Part shown: one piece after another, positions 1-12,564 of the stretch
Position numbering within the stretch: position 1 is the first letter of the stretch
Layout of the letters: each line of letters begins with the position of its first letter
From: Octopus vulgaris
Lineage: Eukaryota
NCBI GenBank assembly: GCA_951406725.2
Contig: OX597814.1
Coordinates: 146,568,001 to 146,632,000, forward strand
Direction of reading: 5' to 3'
DNA: 64,000 bases
Notes under the pieces: generated by a model
Told to the model about the DNA's origin: nothing
What the model saw: only the letters and a program-made list of their open reading frames with translations
Databases searched by the model: none
Made by a program: the position numbers and the translations under genes

Positions 1-1827
1 TTGTAGAGCTATATATATGGGATATACTTTCTGGCTACGACTACGGTGTGAACCGATCCTCTGAGTTGAGTTAGGAGGTATGTATTTTTTTGCTGTCATC
101 TACTTTCTTCAAATCTTATATCAAATCTAAATCGACATCTAACCTTTATCTCGTTTAAATCTTCTTAGTTACACATAAGGAGCGCAACACCAAAGCATAT
201 CTGAAATCTCTCAGGTTACAAAATCACCCAGCATTTACTACGATGTGACACATTGTTGGCTTGTACACGGATCCAAATAGATATTTCTAATTTCCACGAA
301 CATGGCATACGCATGGTTGACAATCTAACAGTGCTGTTATAAGGAGCACAATTTATATATCATGAAATACTAATACAAATATGGGATATACTGCATGAAT
401 GCTATATTTCAAAAATTCAAAAGATGCGGCCCTATCTTTCAGGAAGAAGTTATAGAAAATAAATTGAGAATAGAGTGGACGCTTATCCAGGAGAGTGGGA
501 TATCCTGTGAATACAAGAGAAAATGGTCTTTAATATGCATAGTATATATTATGTAAATACTGGTTATTTTATCTCCCATTTTCTTAATTACACCCAACTA
601 TTTATACCTTAAAACTTGTGAAAAATTTCTGTTTTAAGTATTTTCAATTCTTCCAAGTGAGTATAAGTTTTGTAAAATCATTCGCCATTCCCTATGATTA
701 TAAAATAGCTGTTTTATACCAGACATCTTTATATGCCGCTTTTAGAAGGTCTTACTGCATTTCCACTATCTCCTGCAGACCCTGTAAATAACAGGGCAAA
801 GATAACGAGAAATTCTGTTGTTGATGTTCCTCTTCTTCATCATCTTTATTCATTCTTTCAATCTATTTTCTTATTGTTTGTATCTGAACGCAGCATGCAA
901 TTCATTACAAGCTTTGAAAATTTGGATTTGATAATAGTTTATGAAGAATTTTACCATCCAGTTTTCGTTTACCATTCCAAGCAAAATATATCCTAGGCCA
1001 GTAGTTTTTGTTTCCTAAGAAAATGTACGCTGCACGTGGGAGCTGTTATTTTAAATAACTCTGACTTTTTGCTTTCAGAAATTTACAAATCAACGCATCT
1101 TAAACGAAGCACATCATACATATCCGAAACCCACATGAATGTGTGGGTAGGATGAAAAAGGATATATGCAGCAAAATAGATTTTGTTTCAACTATAATTA
1201 CACAAATATAAAATATTGGTATTGTTAAACAAAAAACCTAATAAATAAAGCATAAGTTTAATGTGTGGAGTGAAAACATTCACCCTCCAACACGAGCCCA
1301 TTTATTATCAAACATAAAAACAAATACGTCATTTTGTATTGTTGTTACGCATACAAATAAATAAGTAAGTATGTAAGTAAATAAATATGAACGAACTTGA
1401 GGAACGAAGAATTTTGGCAATGTAATAATAGAAAATGGTTTTCTCCTACGACATATCAACAAACAGTATTTAATACTAACTAAGAGACGACAACAAAACA
1501 CAATGGTCTGGTTGAAGGGTGTGAGTATGATATTAATCCTGGGTTATTGATCCCTATTTTGAAACAATATAGATAAGAAGCAAGTACTGATGTCATACGG
1601 TAAGTTAGGTAATCGAGTGAGGTCTCAACGGACATAAAGTCGATTGTGATACAGAAAACAATATCAGAACTGTTCAAGACGAGTGTGACGATAGGAAGGC
1701 GTGGAGAATTTTTCCAGAGCAAATTCCTGTTTTTAGCACAAATCTCATGGAAAATTTCTCTGAGACAAAATATTCCACATAGTGCCGCTCTATGTTTGTA
1801 TACAGATTATAGATGTAATACATGCCG

Positions 1828-1919
<92 letters not shown>

Positions 1920-2218
1920 AAAAATGGTAAATAATTTTCCTGTGGTTTATCATGTAACCAACAATTATTTACCGGTAAATTTCGGTATGTAAATACGACA
2001 AATTAATTGTCAAGACCTTTGTAAGGTTCAGTATATAGTAAAGAAAAAATAAGAAGGTTAACAGCAGGCTGTTTCACCTCATACCGAAGGAATTAGAAAT
2101 GGCAGTCAAAGACCGTTTTTCCAATTTCTATAAGTGGAGAATCCAAAAACGAAGGCCCTTACGGCTCACATACACAAAACCGGAGTGGGAAATATACGAA
2201 TTCAGTCACTTACCGTTA

Positions 2219-2283
2219 ATAGCGGACATATGTTTCTGGATCGCAAACATGGAAATCAGTTTGAATTCCGTCATCGGCGCTAT
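2219..2283 (-). ncRNA. Minimal type I hammerhead ribozyme, inverted copy
   Basis: Exact reverse complement of 2520-2584, inside the left arm of the inverted repeat. Confidence 0.75.
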
Positions 2284-2519
2284 ATTCGATAGCTTTACTA
2301 AATGATAAACCACAGGAAAATTATTTACCATTTTTATTGAATTACCATGTGGATTCCTCATTCCATTACGATTACCCAGAAAGCGCGCATGGCAGAATTT
2401 TGGAGGGAAAATTTACGTTCCCAGTCGCCACTTAGTTTTAACATCTGCACTCTTCCCCCCCTATCTGATGTCGCTGGGTCAGAAGTGAGGGCTAGTGGCA
2501 TTTAGTAAAGCTATCGAAT

Positions 2520-2584
2520 ATAGCGCCGATGACGGAATTCAAACTGATTTCCATGTTTGCGATCCAGAAACATATGTCCGCTAT
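2520..2584 (+). ncRNA. Minimal type I hammerhead ribozyme (U4C core variant)
   Basis: ATAGCG - CCGATGA - C GGA..CAAAC..GTTTG..TCC A - GAAA - C ATAT G - TC - CGCTAT. It has a 6-bp stem I, an extended stem II and a palindromic stem III (ACATATGT). The GUC triplet predicts cleavage after 2578. Confidence 0.75.
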
Positions 2585-2762
2585 TAACGGTAAGTGACTG
2601 AATTCGTATATTTCCCACTCCGGTTTTGTGTATGTGAGCCGTAAGGGCCTTCGTTTTTGGATTCTCCACTTATAGAAATTGGAAAAACGGTCTTTGACTG
2701 CCATTTCTAATTCCTTCGGTATGAGGTGAAACAGCCTGCTGTTAACCTTCTTATTTTTTCTT

Positions 2763-2818
<56 letters not shown>

Positions 2819-3592
2819 TTACACATACACTCGCATGTATATTTATGAATGAAGGTATGTATACATATCTAGCCTTGTATTATATTTTGATGTTGTTTTG
2901 TTGTTTACAGATGTCTTCGTATTTTCTACGCCTAACAGGAGAGGATTGACAACAAATTACATAAAACTGAAAACATAAAGACATTATTCAGAGTAAAAAT
3001 AAAATAATGTGTACAATAATAATGTAAGAAGTTCGGAGCAAGTAATTTAATAATTAAATACGAAAGAATAAAGCAAAAACGTCAATGATTAATCATCGAA
3101 TTTGATGCAACAAAGACTAATTAAAATTAGTTTTCAATCAGAGGCAATCTAAAAATGATCAAAAGTAGATAGAAGAGAAATAAAAGGCAAAACGACTAAT
3201 TGAAATATTAATTGGTTTAGGAATCCGTGACAATTTAAAATATTCTTTAGTCTAAGGTGACAAGAAAAAATAGACACACAAATTGGGCATCAGATTAGTC
3301 GCCACCTGTTAGTAAATCCCTGTAAAATGTTGCACTTCCAGTCCAGCAAATTTAATTGTTAATCAAATATAACTATCACTGAAATAAAATTCCAAACTAA
3401 TATAAATAACTAATTTCTCATTCGAAAGTCATCAAAACCTTCGGTGTGCTGCTTCATGAAGTCATCTTTTGCTCTTTTATTCCTCTCAAAATTTCAAATC
3501 TGAAATTATCGCTATATTCTATTTGAATATTTTCTTATATATATATAATACATTTCTAAATCTCTCAGAGAGATTTATACAGTAGTAAATCT

Positions 3593-3808
3593 ATAAAGTG
3601 GCCGTATGTTGTCAACTTAATGTGATAGTCCCATGGAAGGGAATAATACTAATGTTATTTAGCCCTTGGAAGCACTGCTTCCTGTCGGCCATGACACATT
3701 TCCTGCGTACTTATGTTTACAAAGGGGGAGATAAGGGCTAATAGCAGTAGTATTATTCCCTTTCATGGGACTGTCACATTAAGTTGACAACATACCACCA
3801 CCTTATAT
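3593..3808. mobile_element. MITE with long terminal inverted repeats
   Basis: TATGTTGTCAACTTAATGTGATAGTCCCATGGAAGGGAATAATACTA pairs with TAGTATTATTCCCTTTCATGGGACTGTCACATTAAGTTGACAACATA. It has TA-rich ends and no coding capacity. Confidence 0.75.
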
Positions 3809-4021
3809 ATATACATGTGTGTGTATGTATGTGTGTGTCTGTTTGTGCGTGAATGTGCGTGCGAATGCATATATATGTGTGTTCCTGCTCGCGCGCGTTT
3901 CTGTGCTTGTGTGTACGTGTGTGCGAACTTATGTACGCAAATAAATAAGCATATACTTCTTACGTGTGGCGTTCTTTCTCTCACTCTTCCACTGTCTGTC
4001 TCCCTCTCACTGTATTTCTCT

Positions 4022-4060
<39 letters not shown>

Positions 4061-4569
4061 CTTTACGGAAATTATTCGCAGACAATAAATTTGCTCTTAG
4101 AACTTATTGTCAGCTTTTTACTTTCATTATCATAACAATAAAGTGGATATAAAAAACGACTGATTTAGTTTCATTTCCCTTCCGTTGTAACTAAATTGTT
4201 TTCATACATTGTTATGTGCTACATTCAGCATACCACATTGATAGTGTTTTTGTCTTTACAAAGACATTAAGATAAAGATTAATATTTATGTTTGCATATA
4301 AGATTTCATGGAGCAACTAACATATTTCATTTCTATTTACACTCTTTTAATCTGTTCATTTTAAGTGCATATGAATCGTGTTCTGTATTTCTGTGTTTGT
4401 GTTTGTGTTAGTGTGAAATCCATTTAGAAAATGATTTATTACATAGCAACTAATACTCTGATTTATATGGGTAGAAATATGACAGTTTTTGAAGTTCAAA
4501 ATTTTCTTACTATCTTTTATGCAAGGAATATGAAAATGACTCAATGAGTAATTTAAACACGTTGAGTTA

Positions 4570-5235
4570 TATAAACTTAGATAAAACTTAGATATGTTTC
4601 GACCAGAGATTGGTCCAGGCCATGTCTAACTTAATAGCACCACCTGATAGGATTATTCGAATCCTGTTTAAGTCAAGTTTTGTTCAAGTAGTGAGTTCTT
4701 GTTGGGTGAGTTGTATCAGTTTTGTTCAAGTAGTGAGTTCTTGTTGGGTGAGTTGTATCCAATTATGGGTGGCTTGTCTGGTATTCTTTGAAGGAATCTA
4801 TCCAGACTCTGTTTGAAGTTGATGGGATCCTTTTCCTCTTTGATCTCCCTCGGGACAATGTTAAATAGGGCAGGGCCTGTTGAGGAAAAGAAATTATGTT
4901 GCAGTGTACATGTATGTTGTGATCTTGAATTTGGCAGGGGACGTATAGCCCGTGGTCCAAGTCTCGGATGAACCTTGAAGCTAATGTTTAGGTCGTTTGG
5001 GCAAAGTTGGCGGTATATTTTCCACATCGTACAAATGATGTACCGCTCACGGCGACGCTGGAGGGAGTAAAGTTTCAAGGCTTTAAGGTGATCCCAATAG
5101 TCGAGAGCAGCCATGCCTTCAATTTGTTTAGTGAGAGCCCTCTGGGGTGACTCAATTCTGGAGATGTTTTGTCTTGTGTGAGGAGACCACAGTGGGCAGC
5201 AGTATTCAAGGTGTGGCCGTACAAAGGATGAAAAA
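4570..5235 (-). mobile_element. 5'-truncated CR1-group LINE (ORF2 C-terminus and 3' UTR)
   Basis: Translation RPHLEYCCPLWSP...LKALKLYSLQRRRERYII...FKQSLDRFLQRIPDKP is typical of the CR1/L2 post-RT region. A short tandem tail (AAACTTAGAT x2) lies at about 4573-4594. Confidence 0.8.
4676..4759. repeat. 42-bp perfect tandem duplication at the LINE ORF end
   Basis: AGTTTTGTTCAAGTAGTGAGTTCTTGTTGGGTGAGTTGTATC x2. Confidence 0.9.
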
Positions 5236-7804
5236 TATAGAAGACCTCAATTACACTTTATATTATTAAATTAAGACAAACTACTCCTCTTATATATTTT
5301 GCAGTAGTATTTGGCGTAAATTTCTATTGCGCACAGGCGCAATGTCTTTTATAATATAATTTGAAAAATGGTCCAAAAAGATGGAAAAACACTTCTTTGT
5401 TTCTTGCGTATGTGAAGAGAACAATCGCTTAGTTTCATTTCAGTATATTTGGTTTTTGTCAATAAGAAAGAAAAGAAAGCCGAAACTGTAAAGAGATAAA
5501 CTAGAATTATTCCGAGTTAACTACGTATTTGAATACGTTTGGTACGTAAACTATTCAATTACTTCCCCACCATTTATGATTAAATAAATATTACCAATAT
5601 GAACAATAATAAAACACAAAGCAATAAGGTATATGCACGTAAATGATTAAGTTAAATTTCTCAATAATACTCAATAATAATGTTTACGCTATCTCATACT
5701 CAATACAAAATGTAGATAAGGCTTGAATGTAAAAATCTGACATAAGTTATGTTCGAAAGATCATATTAAATTTAGTACGTTAATACTATATGATGACAGT
5801 TTTTTTCTAACAAATCGATTCATTGTATATAAAACAATCGACTATTTGTTTTATATGAACTGCATGAAAATGCATGGATTAGTTTTCGATGTTTCCCTTA
5901 TATGATTTCTGTGTAAATATTTTTCATTAACGTAATATTCCTGCATTTATATTGCTCTCTGATTTCCTACCCTTATACATGTTTTGAAACGCAGTTTGTA
6001 ATTATATAAAGTAAGAAGTTGGATGGTTCCGACTGAAGTGGATGTGTCCATAGACATTGGGGAGTATGTGAGACCTGTGATATCCAAGTGGTAATTGATT
6101 TTCTAGATGTAGCGCGAGATTTCTGCATTTGGTAGAAATAATATTAACTAAAAAGATAGAAAATAGCATATATACTTCTACACTGAGTGACTGAAATACC
6201 TGTTTTGCATTGATAATTTTCTGTTTACGCAGAATTAGATAAAGTATCAGAAAAATAATGAGAGACACATTCGAAATGGCTTCTTACTATAATTATGTTA
6301 ACAAAGGCCAAATAGTAAGAGGTAAGTTTCTGGAGACGAGCAGAAGATTATAGCTTTCTGAGACTCTATATCAAACCAGATGGGAAATAATTAAAATATT
6401 TTGTCACCATGCTCCCTCTGCTACCTAATTAATATTTTCTTGTCTTGCATATGCAAATCTGTGTGTGTGTGCATAAACAAAGAGAGACAGAGAGATGGAG
6501 CGAGGGTGGGGAGAGAGAGAGTTATGCATATATATTGTATGTTTATTTTATGCCACCATTCATATTTTCTGTACCTTTCCCTTGTCATTTTTTAACTTCT
6601 TCATTTTACATCATTAGTCACATTATATATATAATACTGCCACTCAGCTTCTTAATGTTTGTTCTCAGTAACACTATACACTTCAATATTGTTTTCCACC
6701 GCTATTCTTTGTCGTGATATATCAAGTCTAATTTGCTACACTTAAACTTGAAAATCTTAGGAAATACTTTATATGTTTCATTGTTCGCGAGACTCTTATG
6801 ATGGAAGACTTTTGCATTTATATTTTCAATCTCCTTCAGAGTACCAGTTTTAATATTTATTAATAATTTTATGACATAGGTTCAACTTGATGTGTGCCCC
6901 TTCTCCGTCATTTTCCTTTAAACTACCATTCTTTATTTGTTCAATTCTCCGTCTTGTTTTGTAATGTTTTCGTCGTTCATCAAGTACATATAAAAAAGAA
7001 AAAACCCTTTAATTCTCAGAGTGATCATAACATATGTCCGGGGAATATACATTTCTCCCCATCACAGTAATTTGATTACGGATTTTTTTTGTTGCTGTCT
7101 GTAAAATAAGCCTTTTTCCTCTTCCCTGGTGACACAAAGATCACTTTCTGTTTAAGACTGAATCCATGTTAGTACTTCTATGACTTCGAAATCCCTCGGT
7201 TTCAGCATTCATTTATTTACGCAAGATCTGATTGATCTATGCTTACGATTATAATTGGCAAGGTATTTTAAACACACACATTTTAGCTGTTTGATACTCC
7301 TGGATAGAAAACTAGCAGAGCAAAATTATAATAAAATATAATACTAGTAGCGCCAAATAACCGTCCAGGTTTAAGTCGTTTACATTGTTCATCTAGAACT
7401 TAACGCATAGAGGTTAAATATCGATTATTTTTCGAATTAACATAATCTGAATTTTACAGAGGATTGTAATTAGTCTAATGAAACGGTAACAACTTAATAC
7501 TGAATAACTAATCAATTGGTAATATAATGCATTTATTGACTGATATTATTTGACTTTTTGTACAGAGGAAATGAACAGTAAAGAATTATTTTTTTCTTGT
7601 TCACTAACATCAAGCATCGCATAAAATAAAGGAAAAGCGTTAAAAGTATGTTATGTCACTATGTTTAATTATAGTCAACAATGGTACGAGAGTTCAATTA
7701 CGAGAAGGAAAAGAGAATAACACTGTGTGAACAAATGTCCTTATTTCCAAACAAAATATACATTAGATACATTTTATGTTGGGAGTCAGTTAGTGATAGT
7801 AGAA

Positions 7805-7848
7805 ACAGCAGTAGCAGCAGCAGTAGCAGCAGCAGTAGCAGCAGCAGT

Positions 7849-7879
<31 letters not shown>

Positions 7880-7898
7880 AAGTAGTAGTAGTAGTAGT
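7805..7898. repeat. (AGC)n/(AGT)n compound microsatellite
   Basis: Seen directly. Confidence 0.9.
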
Positions 7899-8147
7899 AA
7901 ATAGAAGAGAACCTCATTAAATGAGTCATAAAATGTGTAAAATTTAAATTGTTAAATTTCAGTTCAAAACTGTTCAGTCGCTTAATTCATATTGCCTTTG
8001 CAAGTGCATTAATCTTTGGCTTGTTTTGGTCATCTATACAAAATATGCGTAGTAGATTTGTGCATGTAATACGTTTGTGTGTATATATATAGTATATGTG
8101 TATGTACACTCCCCACATGGACAAACACACACATGCATTCATATATA

Positions 8148-8310
8148 TCATCATCATTATCATCGTTTAACGTGCGCTTTCCATGCTAGCATGGGTTGGA
8201 CGATTTTGACTGAGGGCTGGCGAACCAGATGGCTGCACCAGGCTGCAATCATGATCTGGCAGAATTTCTACAGCTGGATGCTCTTCCTAACGCCAATCAC
8301 TCCGAGAGTG
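8148..8310 (-). mobile_element. SINE/LINE 3' fragment with (GAT)n tail
   Basis: The minus strand reads ...GGCGTTAGGAAGAGCATCCAGCTGTAGAAA...GTTAAACGATGATAATGATGA. A decayed copy in the opposite orientation lies at about 55340-55470. Confidence 0.5.
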
Positions 8311-8333
8311 TATATATATATATATATACTCCG

Positions 8334-8371
<38 letters not shown>

Positions 8372-8372
8372 T

Positions 8373-8650
8373 CCGACGTCCCCAGACCATGGTATTGCAC
8401 ATAGAAAGTTACCCTCTCAGGCACAAGTCCAGGAAAGGTTGTTTATGGAAGACCAGTAGTCGCCCATGCATAGCCCCCCCTCTTCACGCCACCAGTGACG
8501 TAGCAACTCATTTCCAAAGCTGAGTGAACTAGCGCAACGTGAAATAAAGTGTCTTGCTCAAGAACACAACACGCAGCTCTGTCCGAGATTCTAGCACAAC
8601 CTCACGATCGTAAGCTCGACGCTCTAACAACTGAGCCATACGCCTTCACA
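8373..8650 (-). mobile_element. tRNA-derived SINE
   Basis: Head GAAGGCGTATGGCTCAGTTGTTAGAGCG (box A-like), then the core GTTGTGTTCTTGAGCAAGACACTTTA. The body is shared with 8700-8968. Confidence 0.7.
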
Positions 8651-8699
8651 ATATATATATATATATAAGTTTGTGTGTGTGTGTGTGTGTATGTATACA

Positions 8700-8968
8700 G
8701 CAAAGGCCTCTTCGAGGCACCAATCCGGGCAAGGTTGTTTTATAGGAGACCAGCAGTTTCCCATGCATACCAGCCCCACGTCTCCGCGCTGGCGATGCTA
8801 TCAAACGGAAAGACAAAGGCCAATACTGCTTGGTACCATTAACGTTGCAATTCATTTCTACAGCAACGTGACATAAAATGTCTTGCTCAGGGGCACAATA
8901 CACAACCCAGTCCGGAAATTGAACTCGATAACTCATGATTGTGATCCCGAGGTGTCAACCGCTGAGCA
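8700..8968 (-). mobile_element. tRNA-derived SINE, same family as 8373-8650
   Basis: Box B-like GAGTTCAATTTCC, core CCCTGAGCAAGACA, and a shared body (AAGGTTGTTT..AGACCAG..CCCATGCATA on +). Confidence 0.65.
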
Positions 8969-9771
8969 GATACGGTATCCTAAATAACACCCATTTCGAC
9001 TTTTGTGAATCGATGTATCAATAGACATCGGGATTAAATAGGGTATTAAGTTTATCTGTGTAATACTTATGTGAACTGCCAGGGCGTAGCATTATTTCTG
9101 CATATCGAGCGTTTCTTTTCAATTGATATTTTCAAATTTTACCCGTAGTGAGGAAATTAGCATATATAACACTTCACGAAGGTCAGTAATAGATATAAAT
9201 ATGAAACGAAGCATTTATAGGACAGTGGTGCCCTCTCCACCTCGATCCTCTCTCTATCTCTGCCTATTTTCTCACTCAACCTGACAATGAAGCAATGATA
9301 GCATCCGTTAACACCAGCTTTAGAATGAAAGCTGTCTATATGTATGCTCTAAAAATAATTTCTACCTGCCAGAGCCAAGGATCCATACATAGAAATGAAA
9401 TATACATTCACAGCATCTGCACAGAAACAGTTGTTAGCGACAGCACGATGGTAATGAGAAACTGTTACACAACCTCAATCAGAAAGTAATACCTTGATAA
9501 TTCAAAGAAGATGTTTTGCGACTCTGATAACAACATTAAAGCTACTGGAAATTCATGACAAGTACTGGCGCGTGGAACTGATTCAGAATACATCTAGCAT
9601 ACATATAAATTTTTTAAAAAATTCTACTCCCTCGATCACACAAATTCCCCATGAACAATATAAATGTCACGTTACAGATCTATATATTACAACCACTAAT
9701 TTGTAATAACATAATCGGTCTTACATAGGCAACGCTTTTCGCAAACTGAACAACTGCATTAAAATGAACAT

Positions 9772-10208
9772 TCACACATATGATTCGTTAGAATTGCTTC
9801 CACGGACCCATATGGAGGTGACGCTCGTGGCAGGTCTACGAGATTGTTCATCGTCTTCCAGGGAGGTTCTTCCGCTTTTCAGGCGTCCATGCCTCGCAGA
9901 ATATTGCGTACAATCCATCCCCTTATCACCGTAAGATTGTCGTAACATGCTCAATGTCACTTTAGCGAACTTCCCAAGTTTAACGCAAAATTTCACATTG
10001 GCTCTTTCTTCCTGTCCATGACAAAATCGTAGACTACAGCATACACAAAGATCAAGCAGAAATTTCATGACTTGCGAAGTAAACACAGCGATGTCACTTG
10101 TCACACTACCTCTTGAAGTTCATTGCTTTCTTTCACTGAGCACGTAACCGTATGCTGCTATCTGAGTGTTACAGAATTACACCAGGAACTTTCTGATACC
10201 ACCTCGTA
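9772..10208 (-). mobile_element. Mariner transposon 5' fragment (TIR and HTH)
   Basis: QEERANVKFCVKLGK...LRQSYGD...LKSGRTSLEDDEQSRRP matches the Mos1-type HTH. TIR-like end TACGAGGTGGTATCAGAAAGTTCC. Confidence 0.75.
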
Positions 10209-10209
10209 T

Positions 10210-10840
10210 GTTAGTTAGTTAGTTAGTTAATTTGGCTCAAAAGCAAATAGCAAGGCCATGTAGGGGGACATGGAGTTAAGTACAGGGTGGTGTTCATGTA
10301 AAGAGTTCAGGCCACTTGAGGTCAAGGGAGGCTTTGAACAAAGCGGTCGTCGGCATCTTCACCATCTCGTCTGGCAGCTTGTTCCACGGATCCGCAACCC
10401 GGACGGAGAAAGCTCCTCTCCTTCGATTGAGATGAAATCGTCGCAGGTAGAGCTTTTCGGAATGATCCCGCAGTCGACGCTCTGGAGCAGGAGTGAAGAA
10501 CAGCTCTTTCGAGAGGTTACACTTTCCGCTTATGATGTTGCGGGCGAGAATGAGATCACCACGGCGGCGGCATTTTTCAAGAGAATAAAGGTCGAGCGTC
10601 CTCAGCCTTTCTTCGTAGGACAAATTTTTGAGACCATGAACCATGCGAGTAGCCAGCTTCTGGACTCTTTCGAGATGCTGTATGTCTTTGAGGAGATAAG
10701 GAGAAGAGGCTTGAATCCCATACTCCAATATGGGTCTCACCAGCGTGACATAGAGTGGTGGGAATATGGCTGCTGTGAGCATTCCGAATGACCGTCGAAT
10801 CAAGAACAGAATTCCGCGTGCTTTGTTGGCAGCATGGACG
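10210..10840 (-). mobile_element. 5'-truncated CR1-like LINE with (TAAC)n tail
   Basis: ORF 10294-10803 reads LYVTLVRPILEYG...LERVQKLATRMV..LSYEERLRTLDLYSLEKCRRRGDLI...FSVRVADPWNKLP. TTAG repeats lie at 10211-10228. Confidence 0.85.
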
Positions 10841-11232
10841 TATGTCAGGAATCATATTATGACACGAAGATGGTTGCTATTATGGAGGGGATATTGCAAA
10901 ATTTGTGAATTAAGGAACATATCAAGTTGAAAATTCCGCATCTATAAACAGTCACAAGCGCAAATAGATAGAGTACCTACTTAACAAAGTATTCCGACAC
11001 CGGCTTAATACTTTTCCATGGAGCATAGGTTTTCAAATTTAATGTGTGATGGTGCAGCTATTGTACACGATGCTTTTGTTTTCTTCACAAAAGATCTTTA
11101 ATTGTGAAATAATGAAATACAAGAGAGTACTATAAGCTCAATGATCCTTGTTACGCTTTAGCTTAGCTTCTGTTTCACCTAAATTTACACACCTCCCCAT
11201 TGTATTTATACACTATATAATAATATAGTGTG

Positions 11233-11288
<56 letters not shown>

Positions 11289-11339
11289 CGTATTTACCTA
11301 TGCACATAAAAATGCATTTATATATGTATATAGGCACTC

Positions 11340-11850
11340 ACACATTGTGCCAGCTCGTGTCTAACTTCTAACACCACCTGGTAAAGACATTTAAACATTG
11401 CCCATTCAAGTAGAAGGTTATTGTTTTCAACGATATATCCGGCGGTAGATGTTTTATCTGGAATTCGTTGGAGATATTCGTCCAAGCATCGTTTACATGT
11501 TAGCAATCTTTTCTTTTTCCTCACTGGTATGCTGTTGAAGTGAAATAGTTCTGTTTTGTGTTAAGATTTAGTGGAACATGTCTTTTGGAGAGGACGGAGA
11601 TTTTAAAGTGGGAGGCAACATCATTTGGGCAGTGTTGTGGGATATTTTCTAATTCACAGAAAGGATATATCACTCACAGTAACGTTAGAAAGAATGAAGT
11701 TTAGGTTTTTCGATATGGTCCCAACAATCAAGAGCTGTCATGAGTCTATTTTCCTTGAGGTTGATCTCTGAGCTGCTTCAAATTTTGTAATATTCAGTCA
11801 CCGGTATGAAGACTAGAGCGGACAACACTATTTAAGTTGAGACGTGTCTA
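11340..11850 (-). mobile_element. Decayed CR1-group LINE 3' fragment, related to 4570-5235
   Basis: KRCLDEYLQRIPDK..GY...NNLLLEW aligns with KQSLDRFLQRIPDKP..GYNSPNKNSLLEQ. Both share an ACCACCTG 3' UTR motif. Confidence 0.6.
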
Positions 11851-12094
11851 GTTTTCGAAGAGAATGATAATAATAGGAGTGATTCTACAACAATAAATCC
11901 CGGGGTACCAGGAGAACGCCTTCCGGATCGTGTAAGCATTGTTCTTTATGTGGGCCCTCCGGGTTAAGTTTTCGACGGGTACTCCGAGGTCCCCAGTGGA
12001 GATAATGTTTTTCCCCCAAAGGAAGAGTGTTTGGGAGCTGATGTACAACATTTTTACGCACCTGTATTAATTCAAATTTATCCTTCACATTCCA

Positions 12095-12395
12095 GTGAAG
12101 TTGAACATCTTATCTGGCCATGATAGTGTCCAGATCTGAATATTACTGAACAGTTATGGTGCATTTTAGAAAAAAACAGGTAAGGAGTCGATACCCTCCG
12201 CCATCATCACTACAATAAATGGAGACAGTTTTAGGTGAAGAATGCGCGAAATTTCCTTTGGAAACAATTAAAACTTTGTACGAGTCCATACCTCGTAAAA
12301 TTCAAGCTGTGATTATTGCCAAAGCGGTCCTACCTCGTATCAAAATGATTTGTTTGAAATTTTAAGGTTTGCACTATTTTTGTTCAACTCTTATA
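12095..12395 (+). mobile_element. Tc1-like transposase C-terminal remnant and TIR
   Basis: VEHLIWP**CPDLNITEQLW is a decayed WPxxSPDLNxIExLW motif, followed by LYESIPRKIQAVIIAK and a TIR-like end before TA. Confidence 0.65.
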
Positions 12396-12470
12396 CATAC
12401 ATACATACATACATACATACATACATACATACATACATACATACATACATACATACATACATACATACAT
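12393..12470. repeat. (CATA)n microsatellite
   Basis: Seen directly. Confidence 0.95.
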
Positions 12471-12530
12471 AATATATGCATGCATACATACATACATACA
12501 TATATACATACATACACATATATATATATA

Positions 12531-12561
<31 letters not shown>

Positions 12562-12564
12562 TAT

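Larger units (their letters stand above)
1913..2771. mobile_element. Non-coding fold-back element in (TA)n with two hammerhead copies (Penelope pLTR/retrozyme-like)
   Basis: 273-bp inverted repeat 2032-2304/2499-2771 (identical ORF translations on both strands), plus an interleaved 41-bp inverted repeat 1913-1953/2302-2342. (TA)n arrays lie on both sides. Confidence 0.75.

Noticed and set aside
2099-2704. Two ORFs with identical translation (MAVKDRFSNF...) on opposite strands
   Set aside because: A by-product of the inverted repeat. They run antisense to the hammerhead and have no recognisable protein features.
5971-6122. Possible minus-strand exon (CAG|...|GTAGG)
   Set aside because: All three frames contain stops and the acceptor is weak.
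10270-10791. 173-aa plus-strand ORF
   Set aside because: Antisense shadow of the CR1-like ORF2 fragment.
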